Part shown: in pieces, positions 14,094 to 25,015 of the stretch
How the letters are laid out: each line of letters opens with the position of its first letter
Position numbering within the stretch: position 1 is the stretch's first letter
Origin: Fimbriosthenelais zetlandica
Lineage: Eukaryota
Assembly: GCA_977030845.1 (NCBI GenBank)
Contig: OZ365111.1
Coordinates: forward strand, 23,436,001 to 23,500,000
Direction: 5' to 3'
Length of the DNA: 64,000 nt
Translations under genes and position numbers: made by a program
Notes under the pieces: generated by a model
What the model was told of the DNA's origin: nothing
Databases searched by the model: none
Seen by the model: only the letters and a program-made list of their open reading frames with translations

Positions 14094-15030
14094 TATGCTC
14101 GTTGCCCAGACTCCCCACCCGAATTTACTAGGCGGTGAATATTCGCTGCTTGGGCCCATTTAATACAGACTCATACAAATTATTATTTCTGAATCAGAAA
14201 ATAATATCACTGGATGTTGGATTGCATGGAATATTTGGGGTATGGGACTTTCGCGACCCTTATATAAAAAGATAACTGTTGATAAATGGAGTGTGGTGGA
14301 GTGGGTCACTTTCGCGACCCTTATGAAAAGGTATACGTATTTGCTGTAATATTTGACCTTCCCTATTCTTACGATCTATTGGCTCTAAATGAGTAGTATA
14401 TAGGGAATACGAGTAGTATATAAAATGTGAGGATATTATAATGTTGGTAACGAGATATGTAATCGTTGAGATATTTCTATAATCACTAGAGAGATATTGC
14501 AGTATTTTATATTGATGAATACATATGACAATAATTTTGATGTATTGGCATTCAGGTATGAAAATATCCCTCCTTCTTAATTGCTAATGGGTAGAATATA
14601 GGTAACAATAATATTATAATTCAAAAGGATATCCAACATGTTTCGTATTCCCGTGTAAAAGTATACATGTAGTCACAAAAGTCAAGAAATTGAATAACAT
14701 CGATGGACATTTTTCATTTCACTCTGTAACTCTCTTTAAAATGTAGTTTGTGTTTCCTAACTATGTTGCAGTGCGTTGCATGGGCTATCATAGGGCGAAG
14801 GGTTTAATTTAATGAAAAGCACATTTTTTGTTCAGAAATTGGCCTTTGACAACATTACTTGTCAATATGTCATAGAACTTTGACACTGATATACATGTAC
14901 TAAGGGCTGCCTCACATACACCTTATCAGTTTTCTAAGATAAGGGCCTCGATTATAGGGTGATAAGGCATACAAAATATCAATATCCCCTCCGGCCTTTC
15001 AACCCAATCATCCCCACCACCCTGAAAAAC

Positions 15031-15061
15031 TGCACAAACATGATTAAATCATGTTTGTGCA
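15031..15061. repeat. Perfect palindrome, 15-bp arms, 1-nt spacer
   Basis: TGCACAAACATGATT-A-AATCATGTTTGTGCA. Confidence 0.9.
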
Positions 15062-15443
15062 TTTTAGTGTCTAATACATATGTATGCATCACCGTGATTG
15101 TATAATGTATCGCACAATTCAGTTCGACACAAACAAACGTGGCTTTTATGACGTAAGAAGTATTACAAAGCGGTATTTAAAACAGGACCGGCCCCTCCTC
15201 TATGATTGCGTCCATCCCATGCTTTCTGGTGGAAAACCAATTAGCACCCTTCAGTTACGTCACTTGATGACGTAACCCCGAGTTGTCGCCACCTTGGGGG
15301 AGGGACGCCAAACTGAGAGAATGCAGTCATGAGTTGTGATTTGGGGTTGGAGTGGGGGTGTGGGCGCAGGGGGTGGGAGGGATATATAATTATGTGACAT
15401 TATAGGAAATGTACATGGGTCAGATTGCCGACTGAAGAGTAAT

Positions 15444-15618
15444 AAGAGGTTAAACCACGAGTGAAACGAGTGGTTTAACCTCTTTATACCACGACTGAAT
15501 TTTTTTTTATTCCAATCAATAGTTCACAAATAGTGTAATTCGATTCCCTTTTGCTTGTATTGATACAAAATGACTACAAGGAGAAATTAAACTTCGGAGT
15601 CGTCGTCGTGGTATAAAG
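15444..15618 (+). mobile_element. Hairpin/CTTTATACCAC family element (possibly Crypton-like, non-autonomous)
   Basis: 15-bp perfect arms (15444-15458 / 15470-15484) around loop GAGTGAAACGA; 14-bp IR CTTTATACCACGAC 15482 / 15605; body similar to 55459-55525. Confidence 0.7.
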
Positions 15619-15733
15619 TATAATATCATTTGACAGGGTAAATACACATTAACACCCCAGCATATTAAAGTATACGCCCTATAGGGCCTATCAATGAATA
15701 AATAATGAATTTTTACTTTTGATTTTGAGATCT

Positions 15734-15785
15734 ATCAAAGAAATTATATTAGGTAACACTAGAGCCTGTTCCAAAATTTACCCAT
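15734..15785 (-). repeat. Dispersed repeat, inverted partner of 14037-14093
   Basis: Reverse-complement similarity over ~50 bp seen directly. Confidence 0.7.
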
Positions 15786-16229
15786 TAGTACATATAGCAT
15801 TACTAAAATGTTTCTTTGAAAGGGGGTCAATAAATATGGTGCTGGTGCTACCTAGGGTTAGCCTAATTGATAGCCTAAAGTTTACCGCACTAAACGTTTA
15901 CCGCACTATCCATGGCAGATATATAATGACATTACATTTTATAAGGACTCAATTGGGCCAAAGGGCGAAAAGGCTAGTCTTATCCTTCCCCCCACCTGTT
16001 ACAGTAGGCCTACCTTAGAGTGGGCGTTCTCTCCACTCTCAGCTTATGAGCTTGCATCATGCTGATGCAGTGTGTTCACTAGAGCGTGAAGTGGCTGCGC
16101 ACAATGACACTGAAATGACACTCCCGATAGGCTCGGACAACAATCACGATATGTCCATCTGGTAAACCTATCTGCCTTTCAATGCATCAATTGTGGCTGA
16201 AAATGACCCATGCTTGACATAACCCCAGC

Positions 16230-16285
16230 GGCCCGTTTCACCGCGATTTCCCATAGCATTGTTAATAGTTGTTCTGAAACAGGCC
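16230..16285. mobile_element. Collapsed mini-MITE of the GGGCCCGTTTCA family
   Basis: GGCCCGTTTCA (16230) ... TGAAACAGGCC (16275-16285), one mismatch. Confidence 0.5.
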
Positions 16286-16818
16286 CCTCAACAAACAGGT
16301 GACATTCCGACAGGTCACTTTCCTATTGCCTCTCGGTGTTTATTTAATTTAATGGCGATTTTCAGGTCGATTCCACATAATTGCAATTCTATGCCCATTC
16401 TCATTGTTGAAGATTATAGATAGATTTTAGATTTTACTTTAACTACACATTATATAATTATAATATATTATTTTATTATTCATTAATTTTCTATAAGATA
16501 GTATTGATATAAACCGAAAGGAATGGGAATATGGAGCAGGTACAATGTGGCTACAATTTTTGTTAGTGTTAAAAGTGCCCTATGTGGAACGACTTTCAAC
16601 AGGCCAGGCCGATTAGTTTAATGGATGATATAACAATTAAGAAGCCTTCCCTCACGTCCCCCATCCAATGCACCACACACACCATATTTAATAATCATGT
16701 CACCGTATATCTCTCTAGGCCTAATCTCAATGGCATCTCAGTTAGCTGCCATTAATCTTTCCCGCAGATCTGCCCGATGATCTCTGCGGGTCTGAAGTTT
16801 CCAGCAGACCTCTTAAAG

Positions 16819-17096
16819 GGGGCCCGTTTCATGACGAGCCATTAAAAACTAGTGTAGGACAGATAGGAGTTTCCATCCAATACGGTTTTACCTACCTGTT
16901 TATCTGTCCCATAAGATATTAATTTTTTGGACCACATAATATGGACCACATAATGTCGCTCTCCATTCGGCGACCTGAAACGATAAAGATAATATACAGT
17001 TTGAATAATGGGGGAGATAATGGAATTTACATCCCCTAAGATATTAAATATATGCCAAATGGAAAAGCTAATGTGGCCCTGGGTGAAACGGGCCCC
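16819..17096. mobile_element. MITE with 13-bp perfect TIRs
   Basis: GGGGCCCGTTTCA 16819-16831 / TGAAACGGGCCCC 17084-17096; no coding capacity; related ends elsewhere in the window. Confidence 0.75.
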
Positions 17097-17420
17097 TGAA
17101 CCCAGCAGTTTTGACCCGGTTTAGAACCACTGTCCTCTATACTACTAGGACCACGCCTCACCCCGACCCCCCCCCCCCCCCCACCCCCAAGCGAGGAATA
17201 AGGAACAAACCCACATATTGTTTAAATCAACCCGCAGCATTACCGTCCAAGCGATGCCTGATAGGATCCCCTATCATTGAGTGGGTTATTAGAGATAATT
17301 AATTCGAAGCAAATCGCTGTAATTATTTCAGCTCCAAATCGCCCATCAGCACCATTTCCCCTCCTCATTCATACTCCCTCTCTCTGCCTCTATCAGCCAT
17401 CTGTATCTTGGTCACCCTCC

Positions 17421-17490
17421 CTGTCTTCTCTTTCTCTCTCTCTGTCTCTGTCCATATGTCTCTCTCTGTCTCTGTCTAGAGCCCTCTCTT
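17421..17490 (+). repeat. Imperfect (CT)n microsatellite
   Basis: ctgtcttctctttctctctctctgtctctg... visible directly. Confidence 0.85.
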
Positions 17491-18980
17491 ATGTAGCACA
17501 ACATACGCCCTTTCTGATAAAAAATGGATTTTAAGTTTTCAAAGCTTCTTTATGAAACAAGTCCTGGCAGGTAATGCTTCAACCTAAAGGACAAACTGAA
17601 GCAGAAACCTTAAACCGTTCCTTCCCAATTTCCCTTAATTTATCCCCCAATTCCACCTACTACCAACCTCCCTACCCACCCCTCCCCCTCCGCCTTCCTT
17701 ACACCCCCACCCACGCATTGTCCCCTTTGTAGAGCCTGTAGCTTCTCATTCACAAACCACCCAGCAACGCGATCCCATACAAGCGTCCAATGCTGGCACC
17801 CCCAGCTTAGTCTGTTCCGCTTGAGCGACCAAGGAACTCCTACCAAGCCCCCGCACCCACGCACACACACACCCTATTGTGATTATAGGAAATCAAGTGT
17901 CATACCCTATAGGCCCGCACAAATCCCCCGCCCCCACCCCCTCCCACTTTGCATACCCCTCACTACAATTATAGGTCAGGATGCATGACACAAATAGTTC
18001 AGTCCCGAGGTCCTTTGGGATAGAAAGCAAACTGACGAAAGGAACCAAAGTGTGCACTACTTACATGGATTCGGTCCAGTAACCAATGCACCTTCAACTT
18101 TATATACGTACCTACCCCCATACTGCAAACACACAGCACACCTGAAGGAATCTACACATAGTAACAAGTGCAACAAATCTTTGCATCCCTTTCTTTGCAT
18201 ACCTCTCTAAATGCTTCATTGGTGGAATGCAACATGGAAAGTTACACCACTGTGCAAACCACTAGTCGTTGGATAAACTCACTCTTCCAGAATACAAGTA
18301 TTGGCAGTGCGCCTGAGCTTGGTGGTAAGACCCCACTTTTAGTCGCTGAAATCTGTAAACACGAAGTAGCTTATAATTGGCTTGATAATTAACTAACATT
18401 TTAACCTTTTGCATGCTACCAATTTATGTTGAATAACAGTTGGAAAGTTTCTAGTAGTGTACTGAAATGGGCTATATTTGAAGTGCCGAGTTTTAATTTG
18501 TAGATTAACTATTGACACAGTTACCCATGTAAGCACAGTGCTATATTTAACCACACTGGCTGTTCTGGAATGTTTTGTACATATAAATTGTCGCTATTTT
18601 TGTAAGTGAAGACATTTAGACATTTTTTTATCTTATTATGTGAGTAGTATTTATAAAGTGAAATTTTATGTTGTGAAAAAAGGTTACCTAATGTGAGTAG
18701 TATGACCAAAGTGTACCCTAGAGGCGTAGGTTAACTGGTTAATTTAATTAGGGAAATGGTGGTATTCATTTTTTAAGCTGTTAAAATGTATATTGCCTCT
18801 CTTTCTACAATCTTGGTATATTCCTTTGGATCATTTTATATTGGATGATCACCATTACTTAAGCATTCATTATTGTATTATGATAATGTTACGGCTACCA
18901 TTTAATAGCCTTTTAGATTGAACCTGAGAATCCTTGGCTATCCATCAATGCCTTGTTTAATACAACAAAGTATATTTAGA

Positions 18981-19004
18981 CATTATCTGTATTGTATGAT
19001 GCAG
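18981..19004 (+). other. Probable splice acceptor of the large zinc-finger exon
   Basis: ...ctgtattgtatgatgcAG|GAGGCC at 19003-19004; in-frame TAG at 18977 upstream; first ATG at 19040 has A at -3 and G at +4. Confidence 0.5.
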
Positions 19005-19039
19005 GAGGCCCACGGCCACCCGTAAGCGACAGCCTCAGC

Positions 19040-22000
19040 ATGGATCCACGAGGAGGGATGTCCTACCCTAACTACAAACCTCAAATGGTTCAGCCCCGTG
19101 GTCACCAGGCAATACGCTCCTTGCCTGCTGCAACCAGAGCCTCTACCCATGCCAGCCCTCAAGCCATCCGAGCAACATCCAAGAGCAACTCCAGGTCCCA
19201 GGCCAGGCCTTCACCTCAGAGTACCTCCAGACCGTCTCCACATACCAACTCCAGGCCTTCCCCACAAGCTAGCCACAGATCCTCTTCACAGACAAGCTCC
19301 CGACCTTCACCCCAAGCTAGCCACAGACCCTCACCACAGACAAGCCACAGACCCTCACCACAGACAAGCCACAGACCATCCCCACAAGCTAGCCACAGAC
19401 CCTCTCCACAAACTAGCCACAGACCCTCACCACAAGCTAGCCACAGACCCTCTCCACAGACAAGCCACAGACCATCCCCACAGGCGAGCTCCAGACCTTC
19501 CCCACAGAGCTCAAGGTCTCAGGCGATGAGAGCTGGTAAACCGTCTCCACAAACAGTGAGGCGTTCGGCAGCCTCCACTAGTAGACAGGGCCATTCTTCT
19601 TCAGGGGTGATTAACCAAAGCCCCCCAGCCCATAGCAGTGTCCGGCCCGGTGCCCATGTCCAGGCATCTCTCCATGGTCATATGCAGAGACAGCAGCAAG
19701 CCGGGGCTTTACAGGGGCAACAGGGACCTCTAGCTTACCCACAGACCACACGGTCAGAGCTCTTCCACTTCCACACACCACCGTCATCTCACACCATGTC
19801 ACCTACTCGTGAGAAGCATCCTATACCAAGCCGCAGCTCAGCCTCCACTGGGGAAATGCCTCTGGACCTCTCAAGGCAAGCTCCACTGCCAAGTGCTCCC
19901 CCATCATCCAAAGGAACTCCCAAATCCTTGTCATCTTCTCTGGACTCGCCACTCGACTTGTCCGGTAAAGGGATTGACTTATCTGGTAAAGGAAGTGGAC
20001 CCATCCATCTTGGAAAGACTATATCTGGTGTACTAATAAATGTCCAAAAGTGCTCCTTCTGTAATGCTTCATTCAGTACAGTGCCATTCCTCAAATTGCA
20101 TCTCGGTAAATGTCCAAGAAAGCCCAAGAGTTTGACGAGTGTTGATATTGAGCGCTGGATTGAGAATAACTTCCCAGATGCAGGGCCTTCTTCCACCTCT
20201 CCTCCAACATCAGAGACTCATGAACAAGCCAGCGAGGATGTAAGAGACTCTCTGCCTCGTGTCAATGGAGCAGTCGCCCTTGGTACCATCTGCATCAAAG
20301 AGGAACCAGTTGAAGAGGAAATAAGTATCATTGACATTGAACCAATGGGGAAATCCGCTGATAAGAGTGCCTATAAAGGTTCTGCTAAGAAATCCAACAC
20401 CACAAGCAAACCTACCAATTCAGATGAGACCCCTGCATCATCCCCTTCTAAAGGGTATATCAAATATGCATGTATTTACTGTGACAATACATATGACAAA
20501 AAGGAAGTGCTCCAAGAACATATCAAGACTATACATTCAGCTAATATTACCCTCACTTCTGCCCAACCAGTTATCACTCCAGCCGAGCCAAAATCACCTG
20601 AAACAGAACCAGGGAAAGCAGATAAGAAAGATGAAAAGGAAACATCTGCATCAGCAAAAACTAAATCGCCTGAAGTTCAGCCATCCGGAACTGATAGTAA
20701 GGGAAGCTCTACACCTACCAAGAGCACCGAGAAGAAACAAGTTAAGAGACCGACTGGCAACATCAGGAGCATTGCCGACACACTCCTGAGGAGGATGACT
20801 GAGAAGACCCAACATACTGACAAGACTGAACCTGTTCCACCTGAAGAAACTCCTAAAACTCCCTCTCCAGCGGAGGAGGAAGCTCCATCTAAACCTACTA
20901 CTCAGCAAAAGGAGCCATCAACTAAGGAGTCAGCAGAATTAACGAGTGGGAAAGAATGTGAAAAAGAAACAAAGTCAAAACAGGTTGAGGACGTAACCCA
21001 GAATAATTCACAGTCTGAAGAAGAGGTGGAGAGTCCCAAGAAGATAAGTACCAAGAAGCAGAGCCCGGTAAAGGCTACTAAAAGTGGAAAGAAAAGCCCT
21101 GAAAAGGCCAAGTCCAAAGGGAAAGCCACTTCAAAATCTCAGAAAAAGTCTGAAACAAAGCCTGTGGAGACACCAACTAAAACATCAGGGAAAAGAGAGG
21201 AGGTAGTACGCCCAGTTAGAGTTACCAGGGAGAGCCGTCATGATGCCATACAGCCTGCCGTAGAAACACCCAGTGCAGGCAAGAAAGTGAGGGAAACAAA
21301 TAAGAAATCAGACACTGAAAAGTCTAAATCAGAAAAGAGTGAAAGCACACCAAAGACTGTAAAGACTCCATTGAAGGGGACCCAAGGTAAGGAGTCTGAA
21401 CCTGAAAACAGAACTGAGATTGAGACACAGGCCAAAAGTCCCACTAAAAAAGTACCTAAGGGAGAGAAAATGACTAGAGAAAAAGTAGCAGACATCGCTA
21501 GGTTGGCCCTGGACATGGGCTGTCTACGGAGGAGTCCCAGGGCATCCAAAGCTGCTAGTGGACTTCCTAGCCCTAGTCAACTTGTTGCTGATGTGGTTGC
21601 TGAAGTTCAGCCTCCAAATAAGAAAGTGAAGGGAGGAAAACCTGCTGAGGAAACCCCAACAAGTCATGTGAAGAAGGCCACCAAAAGAGGAGCAGATGAC
21701 ACTCCTGTCCCACATCCTGCTAAAAAGAGAAAACAGGAAGAGCTTCTGGAAGAAGAGGCAGAGGTAATAGAAGAGGAGGAAAAATCACCAAAAAGCAAGG
21801 TTAAATCAAAGTCGACGAAGCAAAGCAAGGGGAAAAAGGTTGGAAAGCAGGAAGCTGTAAAAGCGAAGAAATCAGAAGACCTAAAGAAAGTAAACACACA
21901 GGATAACGAAAGAAAGGAAAAGACCTCGGATGAGAATCCTACAATTGACATCCCAAAGGTGAAAACTGTAAAAGGAAAAGGAAAAGAAGTAGGGAAGGGG

Positions 22001-25000
22001 AAAATCACCAAATCCCGTGCTCTTCAGGAACAGGAAATGGAAGCTGTGGAGGAACTTATGAAATTGAGTCGTGGTGAAGCAAGAACTGAGGCCTCTCCTA
22101 CTAAAAGCTCCCAGGAGAAAATAGATGAAGTCTACAATCGCCATGTTGCTGCTATAAAGGGGAAGGTCACCAAGAAAGGTCGCAATAAGAAGAATAAACA
22201 GAGTACCAAGGATCCAGATGAAGCAGAGAAGGTGGCAAGGATCGTTGGAAGAAAGGCTTACAAAGAATGGTTGGAGATTCAGTCCACAAATGTCAAAGAT
22301 GTCACTGACAGCATAGTCAAGAAGACGGCTGAAGCTAAACAAGCTAAAGACAAGAAAAAGAAAAAGTATGAAGAGGATGATGATTACTTTATGGATGATG
22401 ATCCAGAAGAGGAAGAAATGGAAGGTATCTCAGATGGAGATGAAGAGGAGGACAAGGAAGAATTCAACGATGAGACCTGGGAGCCTAAAGACAAATCAAA
22501 GCCTGGTAGGCCTAAACACGATCAGAATATCAAAGAATTTGATCTGGAATGTTCCAAATGTAAGGGGCGAGTCACAGGGAGGAAGGACTTCAATGTCCAC
22601 ATTTACTGCCATGGTCCTTCCATACTAGCCTGTCCTGTCTGCGCTCAAGAGTTCAGGAACAGAAACAGGTGCTGGGGACATATGGGGAGAGTGCATGCTG
22701 GCATCAAAAACTACCATGAGTGCCCATACTGCTACAAGAGGTACTGTAGGAGGGATGCAGTGCAGGTCCATGTTGCATCAGTCCATCCAAAAGAGCGCCG
22801 CCGTGAACTAGCTGAGAAAAATGGAATGCAGCAGCAAGAAGAGGAGGAAGAGGAAGAGTTCAAAGATGAAGATGTTGATGTTGATCTTACATGTAAAAGG
22901 TGTAACCGTCCAATTCAAAACAAGGCTGATTGCTACACTCATATCATGCTCCACTCCCCTCGTGGCAAGCGGAAAGTATGCCCACTTTGTGACAAAACTT
23001 TCAAGGACAGCTCTCGTGTCTGGGAACACATTATGGTTGAACATGCTGGCATCAAACCATTTGGATGTGACCAGTGTGCATTCCGCTGTGCTCATGAAGA
23101 AAACCTGAAGAAACACATCCAAACCTTCCATGGCAAGTTCCTCGATCCAGTAGCCAGAGTGAAAATGGACTTTGAGAGTGAAAACTGGGACTTAGGCCTA
23201 AACCCCAGCTACCTTCAGGAGCCCCAGGGGCCTTTGCCACTAAGTTCAGGAAATGTCATTTCCCTCATTGACCTTTCCCTCAATACACTAATCATCAATC
23301 AGAGAACCAAAGTTATCAATCTAAACTTGCTGTTGAGTGGTCAGAATATCGATCTGAAATCAATCATAAATGAAGCTTTGGGGACTAACTCCAAGGACGC
23401 ATCTCCAAAATCTGAACTAAAAGATGGGAAAGCCAAAAATGAAAATGGTAAATCGGAGGAGAATAACAATGGAAATGAATTGGAAGATTCATCAGAGGGA
23501 ATCTATCCTGATGACCCTGCTGTCATAGCTTCACGGGACATGATTCCTGCTGACTGTGCTGATATGGAGCTACCATGTGTGCTCTGTCCTATGGGTGTCA
23601 AAGGACCTGAGGAGTTCAAACTCCATGTGTTGAAACACATCTGTGACAGTACCAGAGTCTGCCCTGTCTGCAGAAGAGCCTTTAGCCGAAAATCAAGTTG
23701 CAGACGCCATTTGGTGGAGCACACTTTCAAATGGCACCATAAGTGCCATCTCTGCAGCCAGACCTTCCCCAAGCCTCAATACTTAGAGAAGCACTATCCA
23801 AAGCATTTTGAGCAAGGCTTCCAGTGCCTCAACTGCCTTGGCAAATTCGAGTCAGAAGAGCTGTTGTGGATGCATATTCATCCAGATCGGCCGCTTGCTT
23901 TGAGGGATGCCCCTCTAGGACCAGCTGACAATGTCAAGTTCTCCTGCCGGCGAGTCCATGTCTGTGAGAAATGTCACCAAGAGTTCCGTAGTGCTTGGGG
24001 ACTCCAGTATCACCGTGAAAACACCCATAGTGAAGGCGTCATTGAGGATGAAAAACCCTTCATCTGTACCACTTGTGGCAAGAGGTTCAAATCCAACATC
24101 ACCTTGAGGAACCATAGGGAGATTCATATGGAGGACTGTTCTTACCTTTGTCGCCACTGTAGCCTCACCTGTCGCACCAAGCGTCAGCTCCAGAAGCACA
24201 TAGAATACAAACATATGGAGAAGATCTACAAATGTTCCTACTGCCCCAAGATGTTTGCAACTCGCTCTCGCCTCAAAGAGCATGCCATCATGCACCAGAA
24301 CAAAACCTTCATCTGTGACATTTGTGGTAAGGTCTACCGCCATCAGCGAGTCTTTGAAACTCATTGTCGTCAACACATCAAACCGCCAGTGAAGAAACAC
24401 AGGCTCTTCCCATGTCCCCAGTGTACCCACCAGTCCAAATCCAAGGAGCAGCTGAACCTGCACATGCGCAGACACACAGGCGAGCGACCATACAAATGTA
24501 AGGAATGCCCCAAGGCATTCAGTTCACAGACTGGTCTGTGGAGGCATCAGATGTCCCATGCTGGTCGTAAGCCTCACGAGTGCCATCTCTGTAAGAAAAC
24601 CTTCGTACAGAAATGCTCTCTCGATCGCCATCTCCTCTCACACGCTGGTATCAAACCGTACCGCTGCGAGTATTGTGGCGCTGAGTATAGCCAGTCCTAT
24701 CCTCTCACCAAACACATGGAGAAAAAGCACCCTGGTATGCCATTCATAATCATCAAGAAGGATGTGGATCCGATTGTGATTGAACCATCACAGCAACAAG
24801 AAGAAGAAGAAGAAGAGCAGGAAGACAGTCCTGACAATCCCACTGAGACTGTGACTGAAGTGGCTGCGGAAACAGCCAAGAGGGTCACTGCTGAGGCTTT
24901 GGAGAGTCTCCCTGGTGTGGACCCAGAAGGTAACCAAGCTGAGAGGGTCACCTCTACTGATGATGATGATCAGATGGTCCCTGAGGATGAGCCAAAGGAA

Positions 25001-25015
25001 CTGCTCTCTGTATAA
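19040..25015 (+). CDS. Large multi-C2H2 zinc-finger protein (1991 aa from ATG 19040), probable transcriptional repressor
   Basis: Uninterrupted ORF; ~21 fingers by eye (one CxxC-x12-H-x3-C, ~19 canonical C2H2, one degenerate), clusters at 22544-23131 and 23570-24730, linkers TGERP/AGRKP/AGIKP; PLDLS motifs at 19859 and 19949; acidic tracts. The track's TTG start (18992) is probably intronic; additional upstream coding exons cannot be excluded. Confidence 0.9.
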   Translation: MDPRGGMSYPNYKPQMVQPRGHQAIRSLPAATRASTHASPQAIRATSKSNSRSQARPSPQSTSRPSPHTNSRPSPQASHRSSSQTSSRPSPQASHRPSPQTSHRPSPQTSHRPSPQASHRPSPQTSHRPSPQASHRPSPQTSHRPSPQASSRPSPQSSRSQAMRAGKPSPQTVRRSAASTSRQGHSSSGVINQSPPAHSSVRPGAHVQASLHGHMQRQQQAGALQGQQGPLAYPQTTRSELFHFHTPPSSHTMSPTREKHPIPSRSSASTGEMPLDLSRQAPLPSAPPSSKGTPKSLSSSLDSPLDLSGKGIDLSGKGSGPIHLGKTISGVLINVQKCSFCNASFSTVPFLKLHLGKCPRKPKSLTSVDIERWIENNFPDAGPSSTSPPTSETHEQASEDVRDSLPRVNGAVALGTICIKEEPVEEEISIIDIEPMGKSADKSAYKGSAKKSNTTSKPTNSDETPASSPSKGYIKYACIYCDNTYDKKEVLQEHIKTIHSANITLTSAQPVITPAEPKSPETEPGKADKKDEKETSASAKTKSPEVQPSGTDSKGSSTPTKSTEKKQVKRPTGNIRSIADTLLRRMTEKTQHTDKTEPVPPEETPKTPSPAEEEAPSKPTTQQKEPSTKESAELTSGKECEKETKSKQVEDVTQNNSQSEEEVESPKKISTKKQSPVKATKSGKKSPEKAKSKGKATSKSQKKSETKPVETPTKTSGKREEVVRPVRVTRESRHDAIQPAVETPSAGKKVRETNKKSDTEKSKSEKSESTPKTVKTPLKGTQGKESEPENRTEIETQAKSPTKKVPKGEKMTREKVADIARLALDMGCLRRSPRASKAASGLPSPSQLVADVVAEVQPPNKKVKGGKPAEETPTSHVKKATKRGADDTPVPHPAKKRKQEELLEEEAEVIEEEEKSPKSKVKSKSTKQSKGKKVGKQEAVKAKKSEDLKKVNTQDNERKEKTSDENPTIDIPKVKTVKGKGKEVGKGKITKSRALQEQEMEAVEELMKLSRGEARTEASPTKSSQEKIDEVYNRHVAAIKGKVTKKGRNKKNKQSTKDPDEAEKVARIVGRKAYKEWLEIQSTNVKDVTDSIVKKTAEAKQAKDKKKKKYEEDDDYFMDDDPEEEEMEGISDGDEEEDKEEFNDETWEPKDKSKPGRPKHDQNIKEFDLECSKCKGRVTGRKDFNVHIYCHGPSILACPVCAQEFRNRNRCWGHMGRVHAGIKNYHECPYCYKRYCRRDAVQVHVASVHPKERRRELAEKNGMQQQEEEEEEEFKDEDVDVDLTCKRCNRPIQNKADCYTHIMLHSPRGKRKVCPLCDKTFKDSSRVWEHIMVEHAGIKPFGCDQCAFRCAHEENLKKHIQTFHGKFLDPVARVKMDFESENWDLGLNPSYLQEPQGPLPLSSGNVISLIDLSLNTLIINQRTKVINLNLLLSGQNIDLKSIINEALGTNSKDASPKSELKDGKAKNENGKSEENNNGNELEDSSEGIYPDDPAVIASRDMIPADCADMELPCVLCPMGVKGPEEFKLHVLKHICDSTRVCPVCRRAFSRKSSCRRHLVEHTFKWHHKCHLCSQTFPKPQYLEKHYPKHFEQGFQCLNCLGKFESEELLWMHIHPDRPLALRDAPLGPADNVKFSCRRVHVCEKCHQEFRSAWGLQYHRENTHSEGVIEDEKPFICTTCGKRFKSNITLRNHREIHMEDCSYLCRHCSLTCRTKRQLQKHIEYKHMEKIYKCSYCPKMFATRSRLKEHAIMHQNKTFICDICGKVYRHQRVFETHCRQHIKPPVKKHRLFPCPQCTHQSKSKEQLNLHMRRHTGERPYKCKECPKAFSSQTGLWRHQMSHAGRKPHECHLCKKTFVQKCSLDRHLLSHAGIKPYRCEYCGAEYSQSYPLTKHMEKKHPGMPFIIIKKDVDPIVIEPSQQQEEEEEEQEDSPDNPTETVTEVAAETAKRVTAEALESLPGVDPEGNQAERVTSTDDDDQMVPEDEPKELLSV
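19205..19516 (+). repeat. Coding 24-bp tandem repeat, 13 x RPSPQ(A/T)SH-like octapeptide
   Basis: 13 units counted in the translation; third codon positions vary between units. Confidence 0.95.

Noticed and set aside
18992-19039. TTG start of the 2007-aa ORF in the track
   Set aside because: Overlaps a probable splice acceptor; ATG 19040 has a strong Kozak context.
19205-19516. CRISPR-like periodic array
   Set aside because: No unique spacers; in-frame coding tandem repeat in a eukaryotic gene. No CRISPR array seen anywhere.
19098-24951. Many overlapping and antisense ORFs within the zinc-finger CDS
   Set aside because: Shadows of repetitive, Lys/Glu-biased codons; no domains.
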